A DNA stretch of 64,000 nt from assembly GCA_041288095.1 (NCBI GenBank), contig JBGGMJ010000079.1:1-64000 (forward strand). The letters are read 5' to 3'. Both the position numbers and the translations under genes were made by a program. The DNA comes from Myxococcota bacterium. GTDB lineage: Bacteria > Myxococcota > XYA12-FULL-58-9 > JALHOP01. The notes under the pieces are model-generated. The model saw only the letters and a program-made list of their open reading frames with translations. It had not been told where the DNA came from and did no database searches. Numbering within the stretch: the stretch's first letter is position 1; each line of letters opens with the position of its first letter. Positions 37,394 to 46,880 of the stretch are shown in pieces.

Positions 37394-38023
37394 ATGACCT
37401 CGCCAAAAATCATCAAGCGTTACGCGAACCGCAAGCTCTACGACACCGAGCGCAGCAGCTACGTGACGCTCGAAGACATCGCCGTGATGATCAAGGCCGG
37501 TGAAGAGGTCCAGGTCGTCGACAACAAGTCGGGGGAAGACCTGACGAGCGTCACGCTGGCGCAAATCATCTTCGAGGCCGAGAAGAAGAAGAGCGCGATG
37601 CCGCTCTCGCTGCTGCGCACTCTCATCCGCGATGGCGGCGACGTCATCGGCGAGTTCGCGCGCGAGCAGGTCGAGAAGGTGCAGTCGCAGACCCAGGTGA
37701 TCCGCGATCGCGCCGAGAAGCTGCGCACCGAGCTCGAGGACCGCGTCGACCGCGTCCGTAGTGTCGTCACCCGCACCGGCGCCGAGACCAACGGTGCGCA
37801 GCCGACCGCGCCCAAGCTCATCGCCGATCTGGTCGCGTCATCGCAGCGCGCCATCGACGCCACGCAAAAGACCTTCGACGAGCTCCAGAAGGGCCTCGAG
37901 GACAAGTTCAAGGGCAGCGCTTTGAATGTGTCGCGCGTCACCTCCGTCGGCCGTGAGATGGACGAGATCCGCAAGCGTTTGGCGGAGCTCGAGACCCGTC
38001 TCGAGAAGCTTCCGAATCCTTGA
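37394..38023 (+). CDS. phaR: PhaR-like regulator (PHA accumulation regulator DNA-binding domain plus coiled coil)
   Basis: IIKRYANRKLYDTERSSYVTLEDI...VVDNKSGEDLTSVTLAQII. Confidence 0.85.
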   Translation: MTSPKIIKRYANRKLYDTERSSYVTLEDIAVMIKAGEEVQVVDNKSGEDLTSVTLAQIIFEAEKKKSAMPLSLLRTLIRDGGDVIGEFAREQVEKVQSQTQVIRDRAEKLRTELEDRVDRVRSVVTRTGAETNGAQPTAPKLIADLVASSQRAIDATQKTFDELQKGLEDKFKGSALNVSRVTSVGREMDEIRKRLAELETRLEKLPNP

Positions 38024-38427
38024 TTCGCATCCTGGCGCTCGATCTCGGTGAAGCGCGCGTCGGCGTCGCCTTGTCGGATCCACTGGGCATGACGGCGCAG
38101 CCGCTCGAGGTCGTCGAGCGCTACCGTCTGCTAAAGCGGCTACCCGAGCTCATCGCCGAATACGAGGTCCAGCGCATCGTCGTTGGCTTGCCGTTGCGAC
38201 TCGACGGCTCGAAGGGGCAAGCGGCGCAAGCCGTGAAAGCCGCGGCCAAAGAGATCGAAGCGGCGGTGAAGTTGCCGGTGGAGCTCTGGGACGAGCGGCT
38301 CACCACCGCGCAGGCGCAGCGCATGTTGATCGGCGCCGACGTCAGCCGCAAAGGTCGTAAGAGCAACGTCGATAAGGTAGCGGCCGCGCTCATCTTGCAG
38401 TCATACTTGGACGCCAAAAGCCGATGA
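38020..38427 (+). CDS. ruvX: RuvX/YqgF pre-16S rRNA nuclease
   Basis: LALDLGEARVGVALSD, VVGLP, WDERLTT, DKVAAALILQSYLD. Confidence 0.96.
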   Translation: MIRILALDLGEARVGVALSDPLGMTAQPLEVVERYRLLKRLPELIAEYEVQRIVVGLPLRLDGSKGQAAQAVKAAAKEIEAAVKLPVELWDERLTTAQAQRMLIGADVSRKGRKSNVDKVAAALILQSYLDAKSR

Positions 38428-39467
38428 AAAAGATCGCCATCTTCCTTCTCGTTGTTCTCCTCCTCGCCGGCGGCGTGGCCGCTTTCGCGTACCGTCAAGT
38501 CGCCGCGTACGTGAACGCGCCGGTCGGCGTACCGGTAGAGACCTTCGAGGTGAAGCGCGGTGCATCGCTCGGCTCCGTGCTCGAGGAGCTACGCGTCGCC
38601 GGAGTCATCTCGAAGCCCAAGTGGGTCTACTATTGGGCTCGCGCCAACAAGCTGCCGGCGCTCAAGGCTGGTCCGTACGAGATCGAGGCCAAGCAGTCAC
38701 CGCTCGAGATCTTGGCGATGTTCGCCGAGGGCCGCGTCAAGACCGAGGCCTTCACCATCATCCCCGGATTGAACCGCTGGCAGACCCGTGACCTGCTCGC
38801 CGCCTCCAACTGGATCGCGAAAGCGGACTTCGACCGGATGTGCGACGACCAGCAGTTCTTGGCGCGCTTCGCCATTCCAGGCCCTACGTGCGACGGTTAC
38901 CTCTATCCCGAGACCTACAAATTCGCGCGCGGCGTCACGCCCGAGAGCGTGATGCAGGCCATCTTCGAGAGCTGGAAGAAGAACTTCACCGAGGCGACGA
39001 AGACTGGCCGCGGCCCGCGTAACTTCTCACCGCGCGAGCTGATGACGCTTGCCTCGATCGTCGAGAAGGAAACCGGCGTCTCGGGCGACCGAGCCCACGT
39101 CGCGTGCGTCTTCTATAACAGACTCGCCGCCAAGCCCCCGTGGCCGCTCGCCACCGACCCGACGGTCATCTACGCGGCGACGCTCCTCGACCCCAAGTTC
39201 GACGGCAACATCAAGACCTGGCACCTCCACGAGATGGAGTCGCCCTACAACACCTACCGCGTGCGGGGGTTACCGCCGGGCCCGATCTCGAGCCCCGGGC
39301 GCGCCGCGATGGAGGCGGTGGTGAGCCCGATGCAGTGCAATGACTTCTTCTTCGTGTCGATGAACAACGGGCAGACGGTGTTTTGTCCGACGTACGAGTG
39401 TCATGAGGCGGCGGTGCAGAAGTGGCAGGTCAATTACTTCCGCAAGGGGAAAAGCAAAGCGAAGTAG
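38424..39467 (+). CDS. mltG: Endolytic transglycosylase MltG
   Basis: N-terminal TM; GYLYPETY, LASIVEKET, VFYNRL, DPTVIY, SPYNTY...GLPPGPI. Confidence 0.96.
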   Translation: MKKIAIFLLVVLLLAGGVAAFAYRQVAAYVNAPVGVPVETFEVKRGASLGSVLEELRVAGVISKPKWVYYWARANKLPALKAGPYEIEAKQSPLEILAMFAEGRVKTEAFTIIPGLNRWQTRDLLAASNWIAKADFDRMCDDQQFLARFAIPGPTCDGYLYPETYKFARGVTPESVMQAIFESWKKNFTEATKTGRGPRNFSPRELMTLASIVEKETGVSGDRAHVACVFYNRLAAKPPWPLATDPTVIYAATLLDPKFDGNIKTWHLHEMESPYNTYRVRGLPPGPISSPGRAAMEAVVSPMQCNDFFFVSMNNGQTVFCPTYECHEAAVQKWQVNYFRKGKSKAK

Positions 39468-39491
39468 CTGGCGCGGCGCCCTGGGGCGACC

Positions 39492-39623
39492 GTGGTGACT
39501 ACGCCTTGCGCTCCTCGCCCGACATCCCGCGCTGTCCTCGGCGGGTCATGGCTCCTTCGGTGAACGAGGCCCCCGCCTGCGGGGCGCGGGCTGCCGGGCT
39601 TGCGGTGCCGGCTTCGTCACCAC
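39492..39623. repeat. ~130-nt imperfect palindromic (rod-like) element between convergent genes; REP/MITE-like element or structured RNA
   Basis: Nested complementary pairs: GTGGTGAC/GTCACCAC (39492/39616), GCCCG/CGGGC (39517/39595), CCCGCGC/GCGCGGG (39526/39584), GGCGGG/CCCGCC (39540/39572). Confidence 0.6.
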
Positions 39624-39666
39624 TTTGTGCGTCAGCGGCGGAAGTCTCAAGGAGAGGTGAGGAGGG

Positions 39667-41376
39667 CTACTTCGCCAAGGACTTTACAGCCCACTCGAGC
39701 TCTTTGTCGGTGTCGCGCCACTCGCCGGCGGGCATCTCGTAGCGGAGCTTGCCGGTCTCGTCAGTGACCAGGAGCGTGGGGAAGCCGCCCTTCAGGCCTG
39801 CGTCGTTCACGACCTTGCTGTACGACGTCGACATCGCCGTGTCGGTGTACACGGGGAAGCTGATCTTGAAGCGCTGCTGGAAGGCCTCGTAGGTCTCGGT
39901 CTCGCGTTCGATGGCGGTGCGGACGCCGATGACGCGCACCTTGCTCGCCAGGGCCTTGTCTTTCTGGATGCGGTCCGCGAAAGCGGATATTTTCGGTAGC
40001 TCTGCTTGGCAATGTGGGCACCAGGTGGCGAAGAACATCATCACCGTCACCTTGCCGGGCTCGCCGGCAGCGAGCTTCACCGGCTGGAGCTTGTTGTCGT
40101 CGACTTCGATGGTCGGCACCTGCGCACCGGCCTGCTTGAGGCCCAGGAAGAGCTCACGGTCTTCCTTCTCGGACGCGGTCAGCTTCGCCGCGAAGCCCTT
40201 CTCGCTCTTGCCGCACTTGTCGAGGGTCGTCTTGTTGTCGGGCAGCAAGGGGTGCGCGCGTCGCACGAGCAACGCTTTGGCGCAGCCGGCCTCGGTCTTG
40301 CCGGTGGCCACGAGGGCCGCCGCGAGGCGTGTGTGCACCATCGGGTCTTGCTGGATGTCGAAGCGCCACGACGCGCTCTCGAGCGCTTTCGCGGCAAGCT
40401 CGTTGTCACCGCGGAAGTAGGCGACCGTGCCGTCGATCAACGCCACGATTGGGCCGGCGTCCTGATAGCGCGCGAGGGCCTTGGCGCAACGCTCGGCGAC
40501 GGACAGCGCCGCTTTCTGCTCCGCCAAGCGGTAACAGATCTCGGCCTGCATGCCGGGGCCGACGCGATCCGCTAGAGCGGAATCGAGGATCTTGGCGTCG
40601 ATGGTTTCGTCGATGGTCTGCGACTTCATCACCGCCGCGAGATAGTCGTGGCTCATCACCACGTAGGCGCGCTGGGCCATCATGTCGGCGGTGAGCCTGC
40701 CGATGAGGTCGGCGAGCGCTCGGGCGCGCTCGATGCCTTCTGGTTTTTGCAGGGCGGCGCTGAGGTGTTTTTGGTCATCGGCGATCGGCGCCGCCGCGAT
40801 GATGAGGCTCGTATCGATGACGAGCTGCACGAGACGCTTGGTCTCGAGCGCCGCTTTGTCGATGACGAACGGCTTGTATGGCGGCTTGGTCGCGCCGGTC
40901 GTGGCGTCGACCAGCTCTTCCTGGTTGCGGACCTCGAGCAGCGCGTTCGGCGGATCGCGCAGGATGCCGATGAGGCGCTGGGTCTCTTCGGGCGTCATGG
41001 CGACGTGCTCGTGTTTGGTCAAAGGCTGCGGCGAGATGAGCGTCGAGAACTTGCCGGCGGCGTCGAAGACCAGCGTGACGTTGATGGGGTCGCAAGCGCA
41101 GGTGCCCTCGGTCGCCACCGGCCCCACGAAGTCACGCAGGTAACCCAAGCGGTTCCCCTGGGCGTCGCTCACCTCGACGAAAACGTTGTTGCCGTAGTCC
41201 GCCTCGATGAGCGCGTCCTTGGCGATGCCGCGCCGCTCGAACTTCGCGGCGGTCGGGAACGCTTTTTTCCAGTACGTCTCCTTCGATGCCGGCGCGGCGC
41301 CGGCCTGGGGAGCTGGGGTCTCTGGGGAACCGCAGGCGGCGGCGAGGAGCAACAAGGTGACGGCGGTTAGGCGCAT
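39667..41376 (-). CDS. Lipoprotein: FMN-binding-like domain with a flavinylation motif, TPR-like region and C-terminal TlpA/thioredoxin domain
   Basis: ATG 41376 MRLTAVTLLLLAAAC; VDATTGAT motif; helical Ala/Leu-rich repeats; FFATWCPHCQAELP and GFPTLLV (cis-Pro). Confidence 0.85.
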   Translation of the reverse strand: MRLTAVTLLLLAAACGSPETPAPQAGAAPASKETYWKKAFPTAAKFERRGIAKDALIEADYGNNVFVEVSDAQGNRLGYLRDFVGPVATEGTCACDPINVTLVFDAAGKFSTLISPQPLTKHEHVAMTPEETQRLIGILRDPPNALLEVRNQEELVDATTGATKPPYKPFVIDKAALETKRLVQLVIDTSLIIAAAPIADDQKHLSAALQKPEGIERARALADLIGRLTADMMAQRAYVVMSHDYLAAVMKSQTIDETIDAKILDSALADRVGPGMQAEICYRLAEQKAALSVAERCAKALARYQDAGPIVALIDGTVAYFRGDNELAAKALESASWRFDIQQDPMVHTRLAAALVATGKTEAGCAKALLVRRAHPLLPDNKTTLDKCGKSEKGFAAKLTASEKEDRELFLGLKQAGAQVPTIEVDDNKLQPVKLAAGEPGKVTVMMFFATWCPHCQAELPKISAFADRIQKDKALASKVRVIGVRTAIERETETYEAFQQRFKISFPVYTDTAMSTSYSKVVNDAGLKGGFPTLLVTDETGKLRYEMPAGEWRDTDKELEWAVKSLAK

Positions 41377-41428
41377 GGCGCAGCGACATTTGCCAGATCG
41401 AGGCGGGTTTCTGCTAGCCTGACTGGAT

Positions 41429-42157
41429 ATGAGGCGGGTCGAGTTCACCAACCGTCGCGGCGAGAAGCTCGTCGGCGTTCTTCACGGAGAGCCCAACGGG
41501 CGCGCTATCGTGAGCTGCCACGGCATGCTCTCCGGCAAAGACGGCGTGAAGCACATGCGGTTGGCGCATGAGCTCGAGCGCCACGACATGCCCCTACTGC
41601 GCTTCGATTTCGCCGGCCGCGGTGAATCGGAGGGCGACGTCTTCGACATGTCGTACTCCAACGCCATCGAGGACGTCGACGCCGCCATCGACTGGTTGCA
41701 AAAGCAGGGCGTGACGCGCGTTGGCTTGTTCGGGTCCAGCATGGGCGGCGCCGTCGCGCTGCTCACGGCGGCACGTGACGAGCGGGTCGTCACGGTCGCG
41801 ACCATCGCGGCCATCGGCTATCCGTCCGCGATTGCGGAACGGTACCCCGACCAAGCGCGCGCCTTCGAGGTGCAAGGCTTCGTCGACAGTCCGGCGGGGC
41901 GGATCGGCCGCGGGTTCATGGATGACGCGGTCCAGCACGACGTCGTCAGCGCGGTGGCGATCGTGCGCGCGCCGATTCTCGTCATGCACGGCACCGAGGA
42001 CTCGGTCGTGCCGCAGACCGACGCGCTCGACATCGCCAGCGCCGCCCAGAACGCCACCCTCGATCTCGTGGACGGCGGCGACCATCAGTTTCACGACCAG
42101 CAGATGCTGCGGCCGGCGATGCGCCGGATCGCCGAGTTCCTGGTTGCTCATCTGTAG
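41429..42157 (+). CDS. Alpha/beta hydrolase
   Basis: CHG, RFDFAGRGESEG, GSSMGG, HGTEDSVVP, GGDHQF. Confidence 0.92.
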   Translation: MRRVEFTNRRGEKLVGVLHGEPNGRAIVSCHGMLSGKDGVKHMRLAHELERHDMPLLRFDFAGRGESEGDVFDMSYSNAIEDVDAAIDWLQKQGVTRVGLFGSSMGGAVALLTAARDERVVTVATIAAIGYPSAIAERYPDQARAFEVQGFVDSPAGRIGRGFMDDAVQHDVVSAVAIVRAPILVMHGTEDSVVPQTDALDIASAAQNATLDLVDGGDHQFHDQQMLRPAMRRIAEFLVAHL

Positions 42158-42209
42158 GTGTCGCGCGCCGTTGCCTAAACGCGAGAGACACCCTTACATG
42201 AGCTGAGCC

Positions 42210-43097
42210 ATGCTTCGTTTCGTTCCACAGTACCAAAAGGTCCCCTGGGGTGGCCGACGCCTCGAGACGCAATTTGGACGCGCGCTTCCCGAGGGCCCCA
42301 TCGGTGAGTCATGGGAGCTCGTCGAGCTCGAGTCGCATGAGAGCACGGTGGCTAGCGGTCCGTTCGCCGGCGCCACGCTTGGTTCGCTTTGGCGGGATGG
42401 CAAGTTGGGCGGCAGCGCCCAGGGGCCATTTCCCTTCCTGTTGAAGTGGCTCGACACCACCCAGTGGCTCTCGGTGCAGGTCCACCCGGACGAAGCCGGC
42501 GTCAAGCGCAGCGGCAAGGGCGATCCCAAGAGCGAAGCCTGGTACGTCGCGCATGCCGAGCCGCAGGCGCCCATCCTCCTCGGGCACTATCCAGGGCTCG
42601 ACGAAAAGACCCTGCGCCAAGCAGCGACCGGCGGCACCCTTACCAAGTGGCTGTACGAGCTAAACCCGCGCGTCGGCGACATGTTCATGGTCAAGGCCGG
42701 CACCCTGCACGCCTTGGGGCCGGGCCTGCTCATCCTCGAGGTGCAGCAACCCTCGAAGACCACGTACCGAGTCTACGACTGGGGCCGCATGGGTCTCGAC
42801 GGCAAACCGCGCGAGCTGCACGTCGACGACGCCGTGGACGCGGTCGCCTTCGAACGCCATGGAGCGCCCACCCCGACCCGCGCCGAGGTCATCGGCCCGC
42901 GCTTCGCCATGCGGGTGCTGACCAAGGAAACTTCCTTATCTTCCGGACCCTTACGCGTGTTCGCCGCTGCCGGTGCGGTCACGTTGAAGCACGACCGCGG
43001 CATCGAGCAGCTCAATCTCGGCGATATCGCGGTCGCGGAGCCCTCGGACGGCACGGTGACGTTGCGCGGGACGTGCGTGTTCTTGGGCGAGCGGTAG
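42210..43097 (+). CDS. manA: Type I mannose-6-phosphate isomerase (cupin)
   Basis: PWGG, IGESWE, FPFLLKWLD, LSVQVHPD, KSEAWY, GTLHALG, EVQQPS.TTYRVYDWGR. Confidence 0.92.
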   Translation: MLRFVPQYQKVPWGGRRLETQFGRALPEGPIGESWELVELESHESTVASGPFAGATLGSLWRDGKLGGSAQGPFPFLLKWLDTTQWLSVQVHPDEAGVKRSGKGDPKSEAWYVAHAEPQAPILLGHYPGLDEKTLRQAATGGTLTKWLYELNPRVGDMFMVKAGTLHALGPGLLILEVQQPSKTTYRVYDWGRMGLDGKPRELHVDDAVDAVAFERHGAPTPTRAEVIGPRFAMRVLTKETSLSSGPLRVFAAAGAVTLKHDRGIEQLNLGDIAVAEPSDGTVTLRGTCVFLGER

Positions 43098-43108
43098 GCC
43101 GCGTTTGC

Positions 43109-43138
43109 TTGACAATTCGCGAGCCGATCCTCTAGTTA
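43109..43138 (+). promoter_or_regulatory. Possible sigma-70 promoter of the rpmE-prfA-prmC operon
   Basis: Perfect TTGACA at 43109-43114; only a partial -10 (TAGTTA at 43133). Confidence 0.45.
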
Positions 43139-43210
43139 CGCGGTCCCTTAGCGACCGGGCGAATCTCTGGCGGGTTCTCCGTCTCAGTAACGCCTGTGAG
43201 GTTTAGTGTC

Positions 43211-43423
43211 ATGCGTGAAGGCATCCATCCCCCGAATTCGTACGCCAAGATTGCCTGTGCCTGCGGCACCGTGATCGAGACGCGCTCGACGCGCGGCAGC
43301 TACAAGATCGACATCTGCTCGAACTGCCACCCGTTCTACACGGGCAAGCAGAAGCTCGTGGACACGGAAGGCCGCGTCCAGCGCTTCAACCGCAAGTACG
43401 GCAAAGCCACCACCGCGTCGTAA
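43211..43423 (+). CDS. rpmE: 50S ribosomal protein L31 (Zn-binding form)
   Basis: [33 protein letters not shown]. Confidence 0.97.
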   Translation: MREGIHPPNSYAKIACACGTVIETRSTRGSYKIDICSNCHPFYTGKQKLVDTEGRVQRFNRKYGKATTAS

Positions 43424-43432
43424 GACACGACG

Positions 43433-44497
43433 GTGTTCGACAAGCTCGAAGAAGTCGAAGCGCGCTTCGAAGAAGTGGGTCGCAAGCTTGCGGACCCCGC
43501 TATCGTCGGCAACGCGAATTCGCTGCGCGAGTTGTCGAAAGAGCATCGTGAGCTCGAGAAGCTCGTGGATACGTACCGCGAGCTTCGTAAAGTCACGTCC
43601 GACATAGCGGGCAACAAGCACATCGTTGCCACCGAGAAGGACAAAGATTTCGTCGCCATGGCGCTGGACGAAATTGGCGGCCTCGAGGAGCGCAAGTCCG
43701 CTCTCGAAGGGGCGCTGCGCCAGCTCCTCATCCCCAAGGATCCGAACGACGACAAGAACGTCATCATCGAGATCCGCTCGGGTACCGGCGGCGACGAGGC
43801 CGCGCTCTTCGCGGGCGAGCTCTTCCGCATGTACTCGCGCTTCGCGGAGCAGAAGGGCTTCAAGGTCGAGATGATGTCGGCCTCCGAGGGCACGGCGGGT
43901 GGCTTCAAGGAAGTCATCGCCATGATCGAGGGGCAGGGCGCGTATTCATCGTTGAAGTTCGAGTCCGGGGTGCATCGCGTGCAGCGCGTGCCGCAGACCG
44001 AGACGCAAGGGCGCATCCACACGTCCGCCGCGACCGTCGCCGTGCTTCCCGAGGCGGAAGAAACCGACATCGAGATCCTCGACAAGGATCTCAAGATCGA
44101 CGTCTTCCGCTCGAGCGGAGCAGGTGGCCAGTCAGTCAACACCACGGACTCCGCGGTGCGCATCACCCACTTGCCGACCAACGTCGTCGTCGTCTGCCAG
44201 GACGAACGCTCGCAGCTCAAGAACAAGAACAAGGCGATGAAGATCTTGCGCTCGCGTTTGCTCGAGACGGCGCGCGAACAAGCCGAGGCCAAGATGGCCG
44301 CTGACCGCAAGCAGATGGTCAAGAGCGGTGACCGCTCCGACAAGATCCGCACCTACAACTTCCCGCAGGACCGGCTCACTGATCACCGCATCGGGCTCAC
44401 GGTGCACAACTTGCCGGGCATCATGCAGGGCAATCTCGACAACGTGATCGCCGCGCTGCAGACCCACTATCAGGCCGAAGCTCTGAAGGGTGAGTGA
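43433..44497 (+). CDS. prfA: Peptide chain release factor 1
   Basis: GTGGDEAALFA, ESGVHRVQRVPQTE (PxT), GAGGQSVN, IRTYNFPQ. Confidence 0.98.
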   Translation: MFDKLEEVEARFEEVGRKLADPAIVGNANSLRELSKEHRELEKLVDTYRELRKVTSDIAGNKHIVATEKDKDFVAMALDEIGGLEERKSALEGALRQLLIPKDPNDDKNVIIEIRSGTGGDEAALFAGELFRMYSRFAEQKGFKVEMMSASEGTAGGFKEVIAMIEGQGAYSSLKFESGVHRVQRVPQTETQGRIHTSAATVAVLPEAEETDIEILDKDLKIDVFRSSGAGGQSVNTTDSAVRITHLPTNVVVVCQDERSQLKNKNKAMKILRSRLLETAREQAEAKMAADRKQMVKSGDRSDKIRTYNFPQDRLTDHRIGLTVHNLPGIMQGNLDNVIAALQTHYQAEALKGE

Positions 44498-45369
44498 TGA
44501 CCGCGCCCGCAGCGCCCGAGGTCTGGACGATCGAGCGCATCCTCAAGGCGACCCAGGACTATTTCGCGGGTAAGGGCATCGCCTCGGCGCGCCTCGACTC
44601 CGAGTTGCTGCTCGTCGAGGTATTGAAGATCAAGCGCATTCAGCTCTACACGAGTTACGACCGCCCACTCACGGAGCCCGAGCGTGACGCCTACCGCGCC
44701 CTGGTGAAACGGCGCGGCGCTTTCGAGCCAGTGGCTTACATCTTGGGCACGCGCGAGTTCTACGGCCGGCCGTTCGTGGTGAATCGCGACGTCCTCGTCC
44801 CGCGGCCCGAGACCGAGCACCTCGTCGACGCCGTCTTGAAGCGTGTCCGTGAAAGCGCACCGAGCGTGCCTTCCATCCTGGACGTCGGCACCGGCAGCGG
44901 GGCGATCGCGGTGACCTTGGCCCTCGAGCTGCCCGCCGCTCGCGTCACGGCGACCGACATCTCCGCCAAGGCCTTGGCGGTGGCCCGCGCCAACGCCGCG
45001 ACGTTGAGCGCGAACGTCGACTTCCGCGAAACGGACTTGGTCACCGGCATCCAGCCGGGCTTCGACGTGATCGTCGCCAACCTGCCTTACGTCGGCGAGA
45101 ACGAGCGCGCTTCGCTGGCTCCCGACGTTCGCGACCACGAGCCCTCTCTCGCGCTCTTCTCGGGGCCTGACGGTTTGAATGCCATTCGCCGGCTCGTCGT
45201 CGATGCTCGGAAGCTGGTCGGCGCGGGCGGGCTGCTCGCGCTCGAGATCGGCGCTGGTCAGGGTCACGGCGTGCGCGAGCTCATGGAACAGGCAGGCTGG
45301 AGCAAGGTCGCGGTGCAGGCCGATCTTGCCGGGCACCCGCGAGTCGTCGTAGGCGAAGCGGCATCATGA
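44497..45369 (+). CDS. prmC: Release factor glutamine methyltransferase PrmC/HemK
   Basis: EPVAYILG.REFYG, VLVPRPETE, LDVGTGSGAI, NLPY, EP.LAL; overlaps the prfA stop. Confidence 0.96.
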   Translation: MTAPAAPEVWTIERILKATQDYFAGKGIASARLDSELLLVEVLKIKRIQLYTSYDRPLTEPERDAYRALVKRRGAFEPVAYILGTREFYGRPFVVNRDVLVPRPETEHLVDAVLKRVRESAPSVPSILDVGTGSGAIAVTLALELPAARVTATDISAKALAVARANAATLSANVDFRETDLVTGIQPGFDVIVANLPYVGENERASLAPDVRDHEPSLALFSGPDGLNAIRRLVVDARKLVGAGGLLALEIGAGQGHGVRELMEQAGWSKVAVQADLAGHPRVVVGEAAS

Positions 45370-46028
45370 TGCTCGGAATCATCACCTCGATTACGATGCT
45401 GGCTCCCGCCGACAAGTTGGTCGATGTCGCGACCCTCGACGCGCGCTGGAAGCTCGACGTGAAGTACGCGACAACGGACAACTTCGTTGGCAAGGTGATG
45501 TACGCGAGCGCCCGCTGCTTCCTGCGTGAGAAGCCCGCGCAGATGCTGATCGAAGCACAGAGGTGGCTCGACAAGAACGCCAAGGGCTACGTCTTCATGC
45601 TCAAGGACTGCTACCGCCCCGTGCGCGTGCAGCACATCATGTGGGACGCGGTGAAGGGGACGCCGAAGTCGGGTTACGTCGCCGACCCCAACAGCAAGTA
45701 TGGCTCGGTCCACAATTACGGATGCGCCGTCGACCTCACGCTCATGGACGCGACGGGCAAAGAGGTCGACATGGGCACGGCCTACGACTACTTGGGTAAG
45801 CTCGCCGAGCCCCGCCACGAGGAAGAATTCGTCGCCGAGGGCAAGCTCAAGCGCGAGCACATCACCAATCGCCACATCCTGCGAGACGCCATGGTCGCGG
45901 GCGGCTGGAAGACCATCCCCAACGAGTGGTGGCACTTCAACATGCTGACTGGCGAAGAGCTGCGCGCCAACTATCAACCACTCGACGTGCCGTTCGAGGA
46001 GCTCGACAAGCTCACGAAGGGAAAGTGA
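45366..46028 (+). CDS. ddpX: D-alanyl-D-alanine dipeptidase (M15D, VanX/DdpX family)
   Basis: YATTDNF.G, DCYRP, SVHNYGCAVDLTL (SxHxxGxAxD), DMGT, EWWHF; ATGA overlap with prmC. Confidence 0.93.
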   Translation: MMLGIITSITMLAPADKLVDVATLDARWKLDVKYATTDNFVGKVMYASARCFLREKPAQMLIEAQRWLDKNAKGYVFMLKDCYRPVRVQHIMWDAVKGTPKSGYVADPNSKYGSVHNYGCAVDLTLMDATGKEVDMGTAYDYLGKLAEPRHEEEFVAEGKLKREHITNRHILRDAMVAGGWKTIPNEWWHFNMLTGEELRANYQPLDVPFEELDKLTKGK

Positions 46029-46082
46029 CACCGTTTCACTCCCCGCGACGATAACTCGCGCGCGTTTTTCTGGGAGTGGGCG

Positions 46083-46880
46083 ATGGGCGTTGGTGGCGTA
46101 TCTCTTCTCGGGGGCGTAGCCCCTGGCTACAGCAACACGGTCGCGAGCGTCGCAAGTCCGCTCGAGCGGCCGACAACCGGAGTGGTCGCCAGCCCGCCGC
46201 GAGCGAACCTCATTCGTGTCGCGGACGCGACAGCGGGCCCACAAATCGCCGCGCCTGGTGAAAGCGAAGGTCCAACCTATCGTCGGGTCATCGAGAATCG
46301 CCCGGCGTTTCTTGCCGACTGGCAGGCCGAGCTGCGGCGACAGGGAAGGCTCACCGACGCGCTCGTCGTCGGCATCCTCGCGGGCTGGGAGGGTATCCAG
46401 GCGCGCGAGATCATGAGCGTCGAGGTCGTGAATGCCCTGCTCGCGTCCGCCTATCGGCCGCAGCACATCGCACAGGTCGCGGGCACGTTCGGCGTTCAGT
46501 CTGGGGACCTCGCTCGCGCCGATAGTGCTTGGGGACGGTTCCTCGCGCGTTTGACTCCGGAGCAGCGGGCGCGTCTCGATGGTCACCAGATGACGTTCGC
46601 TGAAGCGTACAACATCTGGTATCGCGGCAGCACCGAGCACCCCACCGAGGCCGGCTACGAGCCTGTGCTGAGATCCATTCGTTGGACCCCGCGCGACGAG
46701 CGTTGGGCGCACCAAGAGTTGTTCTTGCGCTTCCACCTCGCGGGCCGCGGCCGTGACTTCAACGGCGCGGTGGCGAAGATGAGTCCCGAAACCAAAGCGG
46801 GCTTCAAGGCGAACGGTATGACTCTAGCTGCCTTTCAGAGCTATCTCACCGCCGCCGGCGCTGGGGCTATCCCGGACTGA
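46083..46880 (+). CDS. Hypothetical protein with a low-complexity N-terminus
   Basis: ATG 46083 after GGGAG; 265 aa; no family recognised. Confidence 0.65.
   Translation: MGVGGVSLLGGVAPGYSNTVASVASPLERPTTGVVASPPRANLIRVADATAGPQIAAPGESEGPTYRRVIENRPAFLADWQAELRRQGRLTDALVVGILAGWEGIQAREIMSVEVVNALLASAYRPQHIAQVAGTFGVQSGDLARADSAWGRFLARLTPEQRARLDGHQMTFAEAYNIWYRGSTEHPTEAGYEPVLRSIRWTPRDERWAHQELFLRFHLAGRGRDFNGAVAKMSPETKAGFKANGMTLAAFQSYLTAAGAGAIPD

Noticed and set aside
39499..39557. Minus-strand AAGGAG-CC-ATG with a 16-codon ORF, and a superficial SRP RNA-like CCGAAGGAGC
   Set aside because: SD spacing too short, lies inside the palindromic element, and the full SRP motif (CAGG-CC-GRAA-GG-AGCA) is absent.
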